Below, one piece after another: positions 8,549-16,892 of a stretch of 24,000 bases of DNA (the first letter of the stretch is position 1; the number at the start of each line of letters is the position of its first letter). Source of the stretch: Bacillota bacterium (GTDB lineage Bacteria; Bacillota; Dethiobacteria; DTU022); assembly GCA_018400435.1 (NCBI GenBank), contig JAGYMW010000016.1, positions 13,347 through 37,346 of the forward strand, in the 5' to 3' direction. The translations under genes were made by a program, and so were the position numbers. The notes below the pieces were generated by a model that ran no database searches, was not told the DNA's origin, and was given only the letters and a program-made list of their open reading frames with translations.

Positions 8549-9898
8549 TTAAAAGGGAAATCCCCCTTTTATATTTTTCAGCTTTTTGAAAGCCTTCTTT
8601 TGGTCCTGTGAACCCATCTTTTTGATCATCTTTTGCATCTGGGAAAACTGATTCAACAGCCTGTTTACATCCTGGACTGTTGTCCCGCTGCCTTCGGCGA
8701 TACGACGACGGCGGCTGCTGTTTAAAATAGAGGGATCTTCTCGTTCAGCACAGGTCATTGAACCAATGATCGCTTCAACCCGCTTAAAACTATTTTCATT
8801 TAGCGAAAGCTGTTTCATTTCCCGCGGGATATTTGCTGCCCCCGGCAGCATGTTAAGAATCTCTTCCATGGAGCCCATATTCTTAATCTGGCCCAGTTGA
8901 TCGCGAAAATCATCGAGGGTAAACTGGCGACGGCGGAGTTTTTCTTCCATCTCTTTCGCCCTGGCCTGATCGAATGTTGCTTCCGCTTTTTCAATCAGGG
9001 AGAGGACATCGCCCATGCCCAAAATACGGGAGGACATCCGGTCCGGATAAAAAGGCTCCAGAGCATCAACTTTCTCCCCTACACCAACGAACTTAATGGG
9101 ACACCCGGTCACAGCGCGGACGGACAAAGCAGCCCCTCCTCGTGTGTCGCCGTCGAGCTTGGTTAGAATAATCCCGCTCAGTTTTATTTTCTCATTAAAG
9201 GAAACAGCTGCGTTTACTGCATCCTGGCCGGTCATGGCATCAACCACCAGTAATATTTCATCCGGTTCGAGGACTTTTCTAATTGCTCTCAGCTCTTCCA
9301 TCATGTCATCATCGATATGCAAACGGCCTGCAGTATCAAAAATAACAGAATCAAAATCATCTTTTTCAGCCAGTTTTAAACCCTTGCGGCAGATTTCCAC
9401 CGGGTCAGCATCAGAATTACTGTAGCACTGGATACCGGACGACTGACTAAACATCTTGAGTTGCTCCACCGCCCCCGGCCGGTATATATCGGCAGCGACA
9501 AGCAGTGAGCGACGGCCATTATGCTTTAAATGAGCAGCCAGCTTAACGGCGGAAGTAGTCTTACCTGACCCCTGCAGACCGACCAGCATAACCTTCAGCG
9601 GTTTGCTTACACTCTCAATAAGGACACTCTGGTTTTCCCCCATTAGCCTGGTCATTTCTTCGTTGACAATTTTAACTACCTGTTGACCGGGAGTGAGGCT
9701 TTTGGTTACTTCCTGCCCCACCGCACGTTCTCTTATCGAGGCTATAAAATCTTTGACTACCTTGAAATTAACATCAGCTTCCAGAAGAGCCAATCTTATT
9801 TCCCGCATAGCCATATCAACGTCTGCTTCGCTTAATTTTCCCTTGCCTTTTAAGCGGCGCAATGTGTTCTGTAATTTTTCAGCCAAACTGGCAAACAT
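8549..9898 (-). CDS. ffh: Signal recognition particle protein Ffh (SRP54)
   Basis: GLQGSGKTTSAVKLA, DTAGRLHIDDDMMEEL, TKLDGDTRGGAALS; C-terminal M domain. Confidence 0.98.
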   Translation of the reverse strand: MFASLAEKLQNTLRRLKGKGKLSEADVDMAMREIRLALLEADVNFKVVKDFIASIRERAVGQEVTKSLTPGQQVVKIVNEEMTRLMGENQSVLIESVSKPLKVMLVGLQGSGKTTSAVKLAAHLKHNGRRSLLVAADIYRPGAVEQLKMFSQSSGIQCYSNSDADPVEICRKGLKLAEKDDFDSVIFDTAGRLHIDDDMMEELRAIRKVLEPDEILLVVDAMTGQDAVNAAVSFNEKIKLSGIILTKLDGDTRGGAALSVRAVTGCPIKFVGVGEKVDALEPFYPDRMSSRILGMGDVLSLIEKAEATFDQARAKEMEEKLRRRQFTLDDFRDQLGQIKNMGSMEEILNMLPGAANIPREMKQLSLNENSFKRVEAIIGSMTCAEREDPSILNSSRRRRIAEGSGTTVQDVNRLLNQFSQMQKMIKKMGSQDQKKAFKKLKNIKGGFPF

Positions 9899-9913
9899 AA
9901 TTGCCTAACACTC

Positions 9914-10267
9914 CTATTTTTCGTTGCCCGACCGCAGGGCTGCGATAATTTCTCTTAAACGTTTTTGGTCTTTTTCACCAAAAGAATTGACGCTTCCTCT
10001 TAACAACTCATCAGCTTCATCCAAAAGCTTTTGTTGCTCTCTGAATAGTGCATATAGTCCAAGTTTCTCTTCGAGTTTTTCTACCGCTGACAGAGTTCTC
10101 TGAATGACATCATGAACGGCCTGCCTGCTTATCCTGTATTCGTCGGCAATTTCGGCCAATGAATAATTATCGCTGAAGTAGAGCTTCGTTATTTCCTGCT
10201 GACGCTCCGTCAGGAGAGAAACATAGATATCACAAAGTAAATTTATCCTGTGCAACCGATCCAGCAT
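9914..10267 (-). CDS. ylxM: YlxM/p13-like DNA-binding protein (putative HTH)
   Basis: LLTERQQEITKLYFSDNYSLAEIADEYRISRQAVHDVIQRTLSAVEKLEEKLGL, immediately upstream of ffh. Confidence 0.92.
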   Translation of the reverse strand: MLDRLHRINLLCDIYVSLLTERQQEITKLYFSDNYSLAEIADEYRISRQAVHDVIQRTLSAVEKLEEKLGLYALFREQQKLLDEADELLRGSVNSFGEKDQKRLREIIAALRSGNEK

Positions 10268-10275
10268 AACAACTC

Positions 10276-10299
10276 CTGTAAAGCATTAATCCTTTACAG
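10276..10299 (-). promoter_or_regulatory. Inverted repeat in the ylxM leader, touching its RBS
   Basis: CTGTAAAG-8 nt-CTTTACAG, perfect 8 bp arms; on the minus strand the second arm runs into the RBS (CTTTACAGGAGTTGTTATG). Confidence 0.55.
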
Positions 10300-10303
10300 A
10301 GGA

Positions 10304-10332
10304 AGTATAACAGAAACAAAAATATGTTGCAA
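10304..10332 (-). promoter_or_regulatory. Putative sigma-A type promoter for ylxM-ffh
   Basis: Minus strand TTGCAA (10332-10327), 17 nt spacer, TATACT (10309-10304). Confidence 0.6.
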
Positions 10333-10543
10333 ACTTTTCTCGATAATTTTCTTTTTACTCAGCGATATTGTCATTTTAAGAATGTTCAGGGGAAAAGTCA
10401 CCATGAGAGAAGAAAAAACAGGCTTACCCAACGTTATCTGTATTTGCCCCTTTAGTTAAATCAAACAAACCTGAGTTACTCTTCTTTATTTTTTATGAAC
10501 ATTTTGATCGTCAAATCCTGGAGACTCTTTACAATTCTAATCT

Positions 10544-10595
10544 TGCATGGCGGTAATGTTCACCGCTTCAGGGCGGTGAACATTACTGCTGAGCA
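10544..10595. repeat. Long inverted repeat downstream of the carboxyltransferase gene
   Basis: GTAATGTTCACCGC (10553-10566), TTCAGG loop, GCGGTGAACATTAC (10573-10586): 14 bp perfect arms, extendable outward with wobbles and one mismatch to 10544/10595. Confidence 0.85.
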
Positions 10596-10611
10596 TTGAT
10601 AGGAAATTTTA

Positions 10612-12165
10612 TCAGAGTGGTATGTTGCCGTGTTTGCGCATCAATCGCTGTTCCCGCTTATTTTCCACCATTTCCAGACCCCGGATCAGATAAGTACGGG
10701 TATCGCGCGGATCGATAACCTCATCAATCCAGCCCCTGGCAGCAGCAATATAAGGATTGGCATAGCGCTCCCGGTAGCTGCTGACCAGCTCCTGTCTTTT
10801 TTCCTCTTTATTTTCAGTCTCTTCAATTTCACGGCGGTTGATAATATTGACCGCCCCTTCCGGTCCCATAACTGCAATTTCAGCCGTCGGCCAGGCCAGG
10901 CATATATCCGCACCGAGAGAACGCGAATCCATAGCAATATAAGCACCGCCGTAAGCCTTGCGCAGAATAACTGAAAGCTGGGGCACAGTTGCTTCCGAAT
11001 AAGTGTAAAGAACCTTGGCCCCGTGGCGGATAATCCCTCCCCATTCCTGCTCAACGCCGGGCAGATAGCCTGGGACATCGACAAAAGTGACCAGGGGGAT
11101 GTTAAAGCTGTCGCAAAACCGGACAAAGCGAGCAATCTTGTCAGAACAGTTAATATCGAGGCAGCCGGCCTTGACCTGGGGCTGATTGGCTACTATGCCT
11201 ACCGGACGGCCGCCCAGGCGGGCAAAACCAACTACAGCATTTTTGGCATAATCACGGTGGACCTCCAGCATTTCACTGCCGTCAACCACCCGCAGAATAA
11301 CATCTCTGACATCATATGAGCGGTTGGGATTCTCCGGCACTATGGTGATCAGTTCTTCCTGTTTCAGCTCCGGTTCACGAGGCTCCGCCACAGGCGGATC
11401 ATCAACGTTATTTGAAGGGAGATAGCTTAAAAGCGCTCTTATTTGATTGAAGCATTCTTCTTCATTTTCGGCAAAAAAGTGAGCTACTCCGCTGGTCTTG
11501 TTATGAGTAGTAGCGCCGCCGAGTTCTTCTGCACTGACGTTTTCACCGGTAACTGCCTTAATAACCTGCGGTCCGGTTATAAACATGTTGCCAATGCCGC
11601 TGACCATAAAAACAAAGTCGGTTATCGCCGGCGAATATACCGCTCCTCCCGCACAGGGTCCCATTATAATGGAAAGCTGGGGGATAACCCCTGAACAGAG
11701 CGTATTGCGGTAAAAGATCGAACCGTAGCCGTGAAGGGCAAAAACCCCCTCCTGGATACGCGCCCCACCGGAGTCATTCATTCCGATAACCGGAGTCCCA
11801 TTCTGTGCGGCCAGATCAAGAATACGGCATATTTTTTCCGCATGGACCTCGCTGAGGGAACCGCCGGCAACGGTAAAATCCTGGGCATAAACATAAATAC
11901 GACGGCCGTTAACTGTCCCGTAGCCTGTAACCACCCCTTCCCCCGGGTTGGCAAAATCGAGGCTGCTGGCATCTTCCAGGTTAGTCTGGGCAAAAGTACC
12001 AATCTCAACAAAGCTATGATCATCAAGTAATTTTTTCAGCCTCTCTCTTGCTGTCAGCTTGCCTTTTTCATGCTGGGCCGCTATCCGCGTATCACCCCCG
12101 CCTGCAATGGTCCGGCGCTGTCTTTCCTCAAGATGTTTTAGTTTATCCTTCAAAACGATCACCAC
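10612..12165 (-). CDS. Acyl-CoA carboxylase carboxyltransferase subunit (methylmalonyl-CoA decarboxylase alpha / propionyl-CoA carboxylase beta type)
   Basis: 517 aa; KGKLTARERLKKLLD, GGSLSEVHAEKI, GGARIQEGV, GPCAGGAVYSPA, FVDVPGYLPG, RKAYGGAYIAM. Context is methylmalonyl-CoA metabolism. Confidence 0.92.
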   Translation of the reverse strand: MVIVLKDKLKHLEERQRRTIAGGGDTRIAAQHEKGKLTARERLKKLLDDHSFVEIGTFAQTNLEDASSLDFANPGEGVVTGYGTVNGRRIYVYAQDFTVAGGSLSEVHAEKICRILDLAAQNGTPVIGMNDSGGARIQEGVFALHGYGSIFYRNTLCSGVIPQLSIIMGPCAGGAVYSPAITDFVFMVSGIGNMFITGPQVIKAVTGENVSAEELGGATTHNKTSGVAHFFAENEEECFNQIRALLSYLPSNNVDDPPVAEPREPELKQEELITIVPENPNRSYDVRDVILRVVDGSEMLEVHRDYAKNAVVGFARLGGRPVGIVANQPQVKAGCLDINCSDKIARFVRFCDSFNIPLVTFVDVPGYLPGVEQEWGGIIRHGAKVLYTYSEATVPQLSVILRKAYGGAYIAMDSRSLGADICLAWPTAEIAVMGPEGAVNIINRREIEETENKEEKRQELVSSYRERYANPYIAAARGWIDEVIDPRDTRTYLIRGLEMVENKREQRLMRKHGNIPL

Positions 12166-12187
12166 TTTCTCTATTTTTGATCCTTAT

Positions 12188-12586
12188 TCAGTGCTGGCAT
12201 AATTCTATGAGGACCCCGCCGGTTGATTGGGGATGAATAAAAGCAATTTTTGCCCCCCCGGCTCCGTAACGGGGCTTTTCGTCGATCATTTCTATGCCCT
12301 TTTCTTTTAACTCCCTAATTTTTGCCTCAATATCGGAAACGCTAAGAGCGATATGGTGCACACCCTCACCCTTTTTGGCTATAAATCTGCCAATGGGCCC
12401 ATCCGGATCGGTAGTCTGGAGCAGCTCAATTTTACTCTCGCCGGCGGGGAAAAATGCCGTTCTGACTTTTTGTTCGGGCACTTCTTCTTCACCATTATAT
12501 TCGAACCCAAGGCTGTCCCGGAAAATACGGACCATTTTTTCAAGGTCTCTGACAGCAATGCCGATATGATCAACCTTTTCAAACAA
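12188..12586 (-). CDS. mce: Methylmalonyl-CoA epimerase
   Basis: VDHIGIAVRDLEKMVRIFRDSLGF, GEGVHHIALSV, VLIELCQ. Likely TTG start at 12586 preceded by AAGGAGG, 33 codons inside the track ORF. Confidence 0.93.
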   Translation of the reverse strand: MFEKVDHIGIAVRDLEKMVRIFRDSLGFEYNGEEEVPEQKVRTAFFPAGESKIELLQTTDPDGPIGRFIAKKGEGVHHIALSVSDIEAKIRELKEKGIEMIDEKPRYGAGGAKIAFIHPQSTGGVLIELCQH

Positions 12587-12602
12587 CCGGCTTTCCTCCT
12601 TT

Positions 12603-13007
12603 CTACTCGTGCCCGGCTGCCCTCTGCCGGATAAAATCGATAATCTCGGCAGTTGTAACACCGGGGGTAAATACTTCGGCCACACCCTGTTCCTTAAGGT
12701 AGGTTATATCTTCACGGGGAATAATTCCGCCGACAATGACTATTATATCACGGCTTTCCTGCTCGCGTAGCATTTCCAGCACCGGCGGCACCAGCTGCAT
12801 ATGGGCCCCCGAGAGAATGCTCAACCCTATTACCTGGACGTCTTCCTGGAGCGCCGCTTCCACAATTTGTTCCGGAGTTTGCCGCAAACCCGTATAGATC
12901 ACTTCCATTCCGGAATCACGGAGGGCCTGGGCAACAACTTTGGCTCCACGGTCATGTCCGTCCAGGCCTATTTTCCCCACAAGCACACGTACAGGCTTAA
13001 AAGCCAT
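12603..13007 (-). CDS. Methylmalonyl-CoA mutase small subunit / cobalamin-binding domain
   Basis: [59 protein letters not shown] at 13007 has a good RBS (AAGGAGG), 35 codons inside the track ORF. Confidence 0.95.
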   Translation of the reverse strand: MAFKPVRVLVGKIGLDGHDRGAKVVAQALRDSGMEVIYTGLRQTPEQIVEAALQEDVQVIGLSILSGAHMQLVPPVLEMLREQESRDIIVIVGGIIPREDITYLKEQGVAEVFTPGVTTAEIIDFIRQRAAGHE

Positions 13008-13057
13008 CTTTCTTCTACCTCCTTCTTCCATCCTTCCATGCAACTGAAGAGCGGTTA

Positions 13058-14731
13058 TTACAGAGTTATATGCTGCTTGTATTCGCCGAATACATCCCGC
13101 AGGACTCCACAAATTTCTCCCAGGGTAGCATAGTTTTTCACAGCAGTTAAAATATATGGCATCAGGTTCTCGTCGCCCCGGGCAGCACGTCGCAGTTCCT
13201 GCAATGCTTCGGCCACCTGTCCCTGATTGCGGCTCAGGCGGACTTCCTTGAGCCGTTCCACCTGGCGCTTGCTTACTGCCGGGTCCATCTTCAGAAGATC
13301 AATGGGTTGATCTCCACTCATGGTAAATTTATTAATCCCGACCACCACCCGGTCGCCGTTTTCAATCTCTTTCTGGTAGCGGTAAGCGCTGGCCTGAATT
13401 TCCTGCTGAATGAATCCCTTTTCAATAGCAACTACCGCCCCGCCAATTTCGTCTATTTTTTTGATATATCGAATAACTTCTTCTTCGATATGGTCCGTCA
13501 GCTTTTCAATGAAGTAAGAGCCGCCCAGGGGATCGACCGTATCGGTTACTCCGATTTCATAGCCGATTACCTGCTGGGTACGCAAGGCCAGCAGCACAGA
13601 ATGCTCGGAAGGCAGGGCCAGCGCTTCATCGCGCGAATTAGTATGCAAGGACTGAGTCCCGCCAAGGACGGCACTGAGAGCCTGGAAGGCCACCCGCATT
13701 AAATTGACATCAGGCTGTTGGGCAGTGAGAGTGCAACCGGCAGTTTGAGTGTGGAAACGCAACATCATGGAGCGATCTTTTTTAGCGCCAAAACGTTCTT
13801 TCATTAAACGAGCCCAGATCCTCCTTGTGGCCCGAAACTTGGCTATTTCTTCAAAAAAGTTGGAATGGGCGTTAAAAAAGAAGGAAAGCCGGGGCGCAAA
13901 TTGATCAATTTCCAGCCCGGCCTGCAGGGCCGCCTCCACGTAAGCAATGGCATTACTCAGAGTAAACGCAGCCTCCTGGATGGCGGTGGAACCGGCTTCC
14001 CTGATATGATAACCACTGATACTGATGGTGTTCCAGTTTGGAATATGCTTACCGGCGTAAGCAAATATATCCACAATGAGGCGCATTGATTCACGGGGCG
14101 GAAATATATAAGTGCCCCTGGCCACGTATTCTTTGAGAATGTCGTTCTGAATAGTTCCCTTGATTTTATCCATTGGTATACCCTGTTTTTCGGCCACCGC
14201 CATGTACATGGCCAGCAAAACCGCCGCCGGGCTGTTGATGGTCATCGAGGTGCTGACCCGGTCAAGAGGGATATGCTCAAGGAGTGTTTCCATGTCGGCA
14301 AGGGTATCAATAGCTACACCCACTTTCCCCACCTCACCCCGGGCCAGGGGGTGATCTGAATCGTAGCCGATCTGGGTGGGCAGATCGAAGGCAACGCTCA
14401 GTCCAGTCTGCCCCTGTTCAAGAAGATAACGGAATCTTTTGTTCGTTTCTTCGGCACTGCCAAAACCAGCATACTGGCGCATTGTCCAGAGACGCCCGCG
14501 GTACATGGTCGGCTGGATGCCCCTGGTAAAAGGATATTCACCGGGCCAGCCAAGCCGATCGGGATAAGCAAATTCTCCCATACTCAAAGGGTCGTAGATC
14601 CGTTCCACGGAAAGTCCGGTGTCAAACTTAAATTCACGCCGTTCGGGATGTTTTTCAAGGGCCTTTTCAAGTTTTTCCATCCATTCTTTCCTGGCCCGGA
14701 TAAGTTCATCTTTATTATTCTGCTCAGTCAA
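13058..14731 (-). CDS. Methylmalonyl-CoA mutase large (catalytic) subunit
   Basis: [83 protein letters not shown]. The start is uncertain: a TTG at 14731 after GGAAGGAGG, or further upstream at 14785. Confidence 0.95.
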   Translation of the reverse strand: MTEQNNKDELIRARKEWMEKLEKALEKHPERREFKFDTGLSVERIYDPLSMGEFAYPDRLGWPGEYPFTRGIQPTMYRGRLWTMRQYAGFGSAEETNKRFRYLLEQGQTGLSVAFDLPTQIGYDSDHPLARGEVGKVGVAIDTLADMETLLEHIPLDRVSTSMTINSPAAVLLAMYMAVAEKQGIPMDKIKGTIQNDILKEYVARGTYIFPPRESMRLIVDIFAYAGKHIPNWNTISISGYHIREAGSTAIQEAAFTLSNAIAYVEAALQAGLEIDQFAPRLSFFFNAHSNFFEEIAKFRATRRIWARLMKERFGAKKDRSMMLRFHTQTAGCTLTAQQPDVNLMRVAFQALSAVLGGTQSLHTNSRDEALALPSEHSVLLALRTQQVIGYEIGVTDTVDPLGGSYFIEKLTDHIEEEVIRYIKKIDEIGGAVVAIEKGFIQQEIQASAYRYQKEIENGDRVVVGINKFTMSGDQPIDLLKMDPAVSKRQVERLKEVRLSRNQGQVAEALQELRRAARGDENLMPYILTAVKNYATLGEICGVLRDVFGEYKQHITL

Positions 14732-14797
14732 TTTTCGCCGGAACCTCCTTCCACAGCTGCCCGCAGTCGCGGGTAGAAAAATCACGTTACTGACGAT

Positions 14798-15676
14798 TTA
14801 ACTGCTTTCGGAGAGCAGATCACCGATCATTTCCGGAATTTCAGCGGGCATTTCGGCTACTGCCACCCCGGCCTTTTGCAGGGCTTTAACCTTGCTATCA
14901 AAGGTTCCCCGACCTCTTTCTATAATGGCCCCGGCATGGCCCATCCTTTTACCCGGAGGGGCACTGCGACCGGCCAGATAAGCCACAACCGGTTTGCGCA
15001 TCGATGAAGAAACAAAGGCAGCTGCTTCTTCTTCGGCACTGCCACCGATTTCGCCCACCAGCATAACCGCTTTTGTATCATCGTCTTTAGCAAATTGTTT
15101 CAGCACGTCGATAAAATGGAGACCAACCACCCGGTCTCCGCCAAGACCGACTACAGTGGTTGTCCCAATCCGATTTTCTGTGAGGTGACCGACAATTTCA
15201 TAACAGAGGGTCCCGCTTCTTGATACCACTCCAACCGGACCGGGGATAAAGTAGCGGTTTGGCATAATCCCGATTTTACAGAGGCCGGAGGAAACAAGTC
15301 CGAAGGTGTTGGGCCCCACCACAGTAGCTCCCCTGGATTCGGCACAGGCCATAATTTCCACGGCATCGTGCAGAGGAATATGTTCGGTTATCAAAACCAG
15401 GATCCTGATCCCCGCATCAAGAGCCTCAAGAGCAGCGTCTTTGGCATAAGGAGCCGGGATAAAGAGGATGCTCGCATCGGCCGGTTCTTTCTCCATCGCT
15501 TCAAAAGCCGTATCAAATACGGGAATACCTTCAACAACCTGTCCACCTTTTCCGGGCGATACACCGCCGATTACTTTCGTCCCGTAGGCAAGCATCTGCC
15601 CTGTGTGAAATGAACCCTGGCGGCCGGTAATACCCTGGACCAAAACCCTGGTATCCTGATTTATATAAATGGCCAT
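14798..15676 (-). CDS. sucD: Succinate-CoA ligase (succinyl-CoA synthetase) alpha subunit
   Basis: VQGITGRQGSFHTGQML, GGVSPGKGGQ, GPNTFGLVS, GHAGAIIERGRGTFDSK (active-site His). Confidence 0.95.
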   Translation of the reverse strand: MAIYINQDTRVLVQGITGRQGSFHTGQMLAYGTKVIGGVSPGKGGQVVEGIPVFDTAFEAMEKEPADASILFIPAPYAKDAALEALDAGIRILVLITEHIPLHDAVEIMACAESRGATVVGPNTFGLVSSGLCKIGIMPNRYFIPGPVGVVSRSGTLCYEIVGHLTENRIGTTTVVGLGGDRVVGLHFIDVLKQFAKDDDTKAVMLVGEIGGSAEEEAAAFVSSSMRKPVVAYLAGRSAPPGKRMGHAGAIIERGRGTFDSKVKALQKAGVAVAEMPAEIPEMIGDLLSESS

Positions 15677-15700
15677 TGTTTAAACTCCTTTCTTAAACAA
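15676..15700 (-). promoter_or_regulatory. Inverted repeat with the sucD RBS in its loop
   Basis: Minus strand TTGTTTAA-GAAAGGAGT-TTAAACAA; the last A of the second arm is the A of the ATG. Confidence 0.6.
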
Positions 15701-15753
15701 ATATCGTTCAGCCGGGGATAAAGTGCCGCCGGCAAACCCGCGCCTCAGCTGAC

Positions 15754-16863
15754 TCATGAAGGACGATCCATTTCCACCGCATGGCGTACAGCTTCATCCA
15801 TGGTGGTAAAGCTTTTGATACCCACCTTCTGCAGGATAGCCCGCCCCTCCGCTTCATTTGTTCCCACCAGGCGGAAGGAGACAGGCAGGTCTATGCCCCG
15901 GGTCTCTTTTACGCGGGCGAAAGCCTCGGCCACCACATCGCAGCGGGTAATACCGCCGAAAATATTGATCAACAATACTCTCGGATTAGTCCCAAGAAGC
16001 AGCTCCAGGGCCTGGGCAGTTTTTTCTATATCCGCCCCCCCGCCAAAATCAAGAAAATTGGCCGGGGCGCCGCCGTAGTGCTGAACCATATCGAGAGTAG
16101 CCATTGTAATTCCGGCGCCGTTGGCCATTATCGCAATATCACCATCCAGTTCGACATAGGCCAGATCCAGTTCCTCGGCTTTGAGTTCAAGAACCGTTTT
16201 TTCCCTGATTACAGGAAGCTGCGGGTGGCGGTACAGAGCATCATCATCAATGGTTACCTTGGCATCGGCGGCGATAAACCCTTTTTGAGTTACCGCCAGA
16301 GGGTTTATCTCGATCAACTCGGCATCCACTTCCCGAAACAATCTGTAGAGCTTCGGTATTAAAGAGGCAAATTCTTTTCGCAATTCGCCTCCTACTCCCA
16401 GACGTCGACAAATTTCACGGACCATGTAATCCTGAAAACCGATGTATGGATCAACAGTCCACCTGATCATTCGTTCTTCAGGAACTTCTTCCACATCCAT
16501 GCCGCCGTCCAGCGAAACGAGAACGATGGGCCGGCGGGTTGTTCCATCGACTGTAATAGCAAGATAAAATTCCTGTTCAATATTCAGTTTTTCTTCAACT
16601 AACAGTTTTGATACCCCTGCGTCACCCAGATTCATCTGCAAAATTCGATCCGCTTCCCGGCGCGCTTCGCCGGGGTCGGCGGCAAAGGCAATAGCGCCGG
16701 CTTTACCCCTCTTCCCGGAGAGAACCTGCGCTTTAATTACTACCTCTCCCAGATCGGCGGCAGCCTCGGCTGCTTCTGCAGCATTTTCAGCCAGCTTTCC
16801 ATAGGGTATTGGAATGTCATAGCGGAAAAAAAGTTTTTTCCCTATATGCTCATAAAGTTTCAA
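15754..16863 (-). CDS. sucC: Succinate-CoA ligase (ADP-forming-like) beta subunit, ATP-grasp
   Basis: MKLYEHIGKKLFFRYDIPIPYG, VIKAQVLSGKRGKAGAI, ELIEINPLAVT, NFLDFGGGAD, NIFGGITRCD. TTG start. Confidence 0.94.
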   Translation of the reverse strand: MKLYEHIGKKLFFRYDIPIPYGKLAENAAEAAEAAADLGEVVIKAQVLSGKRGKAGAIAFAADPGEARREADRILQMNLGDAGVSKLLVEEKLNIEQEFYLAITVDGTTRRPIVLVSLDGGMDVEEVPEERMIRWTVDPYIGFQDYMVREICRRLGVGGELRKEFASLIPKLYRLFREVDAELIEINPLAVTQKGFIAADAKVTIDDDALYRHPQLPVIREKTVLELKAEELDLAYVELDGDIAIMANGAGITMATLDMVQHYGGAPANFLDFGGGADIEKTAQALELLLGTNPRVLLINIFGGITRCDVVAEAFARVKETRGIDLPVSFRLVGTNEAEGRAILQKVGIKSFTTMDEAVRHAVEMDRPS

Positions 16864-16892
16864 ATTTATTCCCCCATTCTCCCGGTATATTT

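Noticed and set aside
10250-10459. + strand ORF 10250-10459 (69 aa)
   Set aside because: Overlaps the ylxM start, promoter and leader hairpin on the opposite strand; no family signal.
11443-12236. ORFs 11443-11694, 11731-12030, 11778-12026, 12048-12236
   Set aside because: Shadow frames of the carboxyltransferase gene or its upstream junction.
12587-12685. N-terminal extension of the epimerase ORF (33 codons)
   Set aside because: Overlaps the end of the B12-binding subunit gene, and the family-typical start follows an AAGGAGG at a TTG (12586).
15781-16362. + strand 193-aa ORF inside sucC
   Set aside because: Long but antisense to sucC; high-GC coding regions often leave such open antisense frames, and no domain is recognisable.
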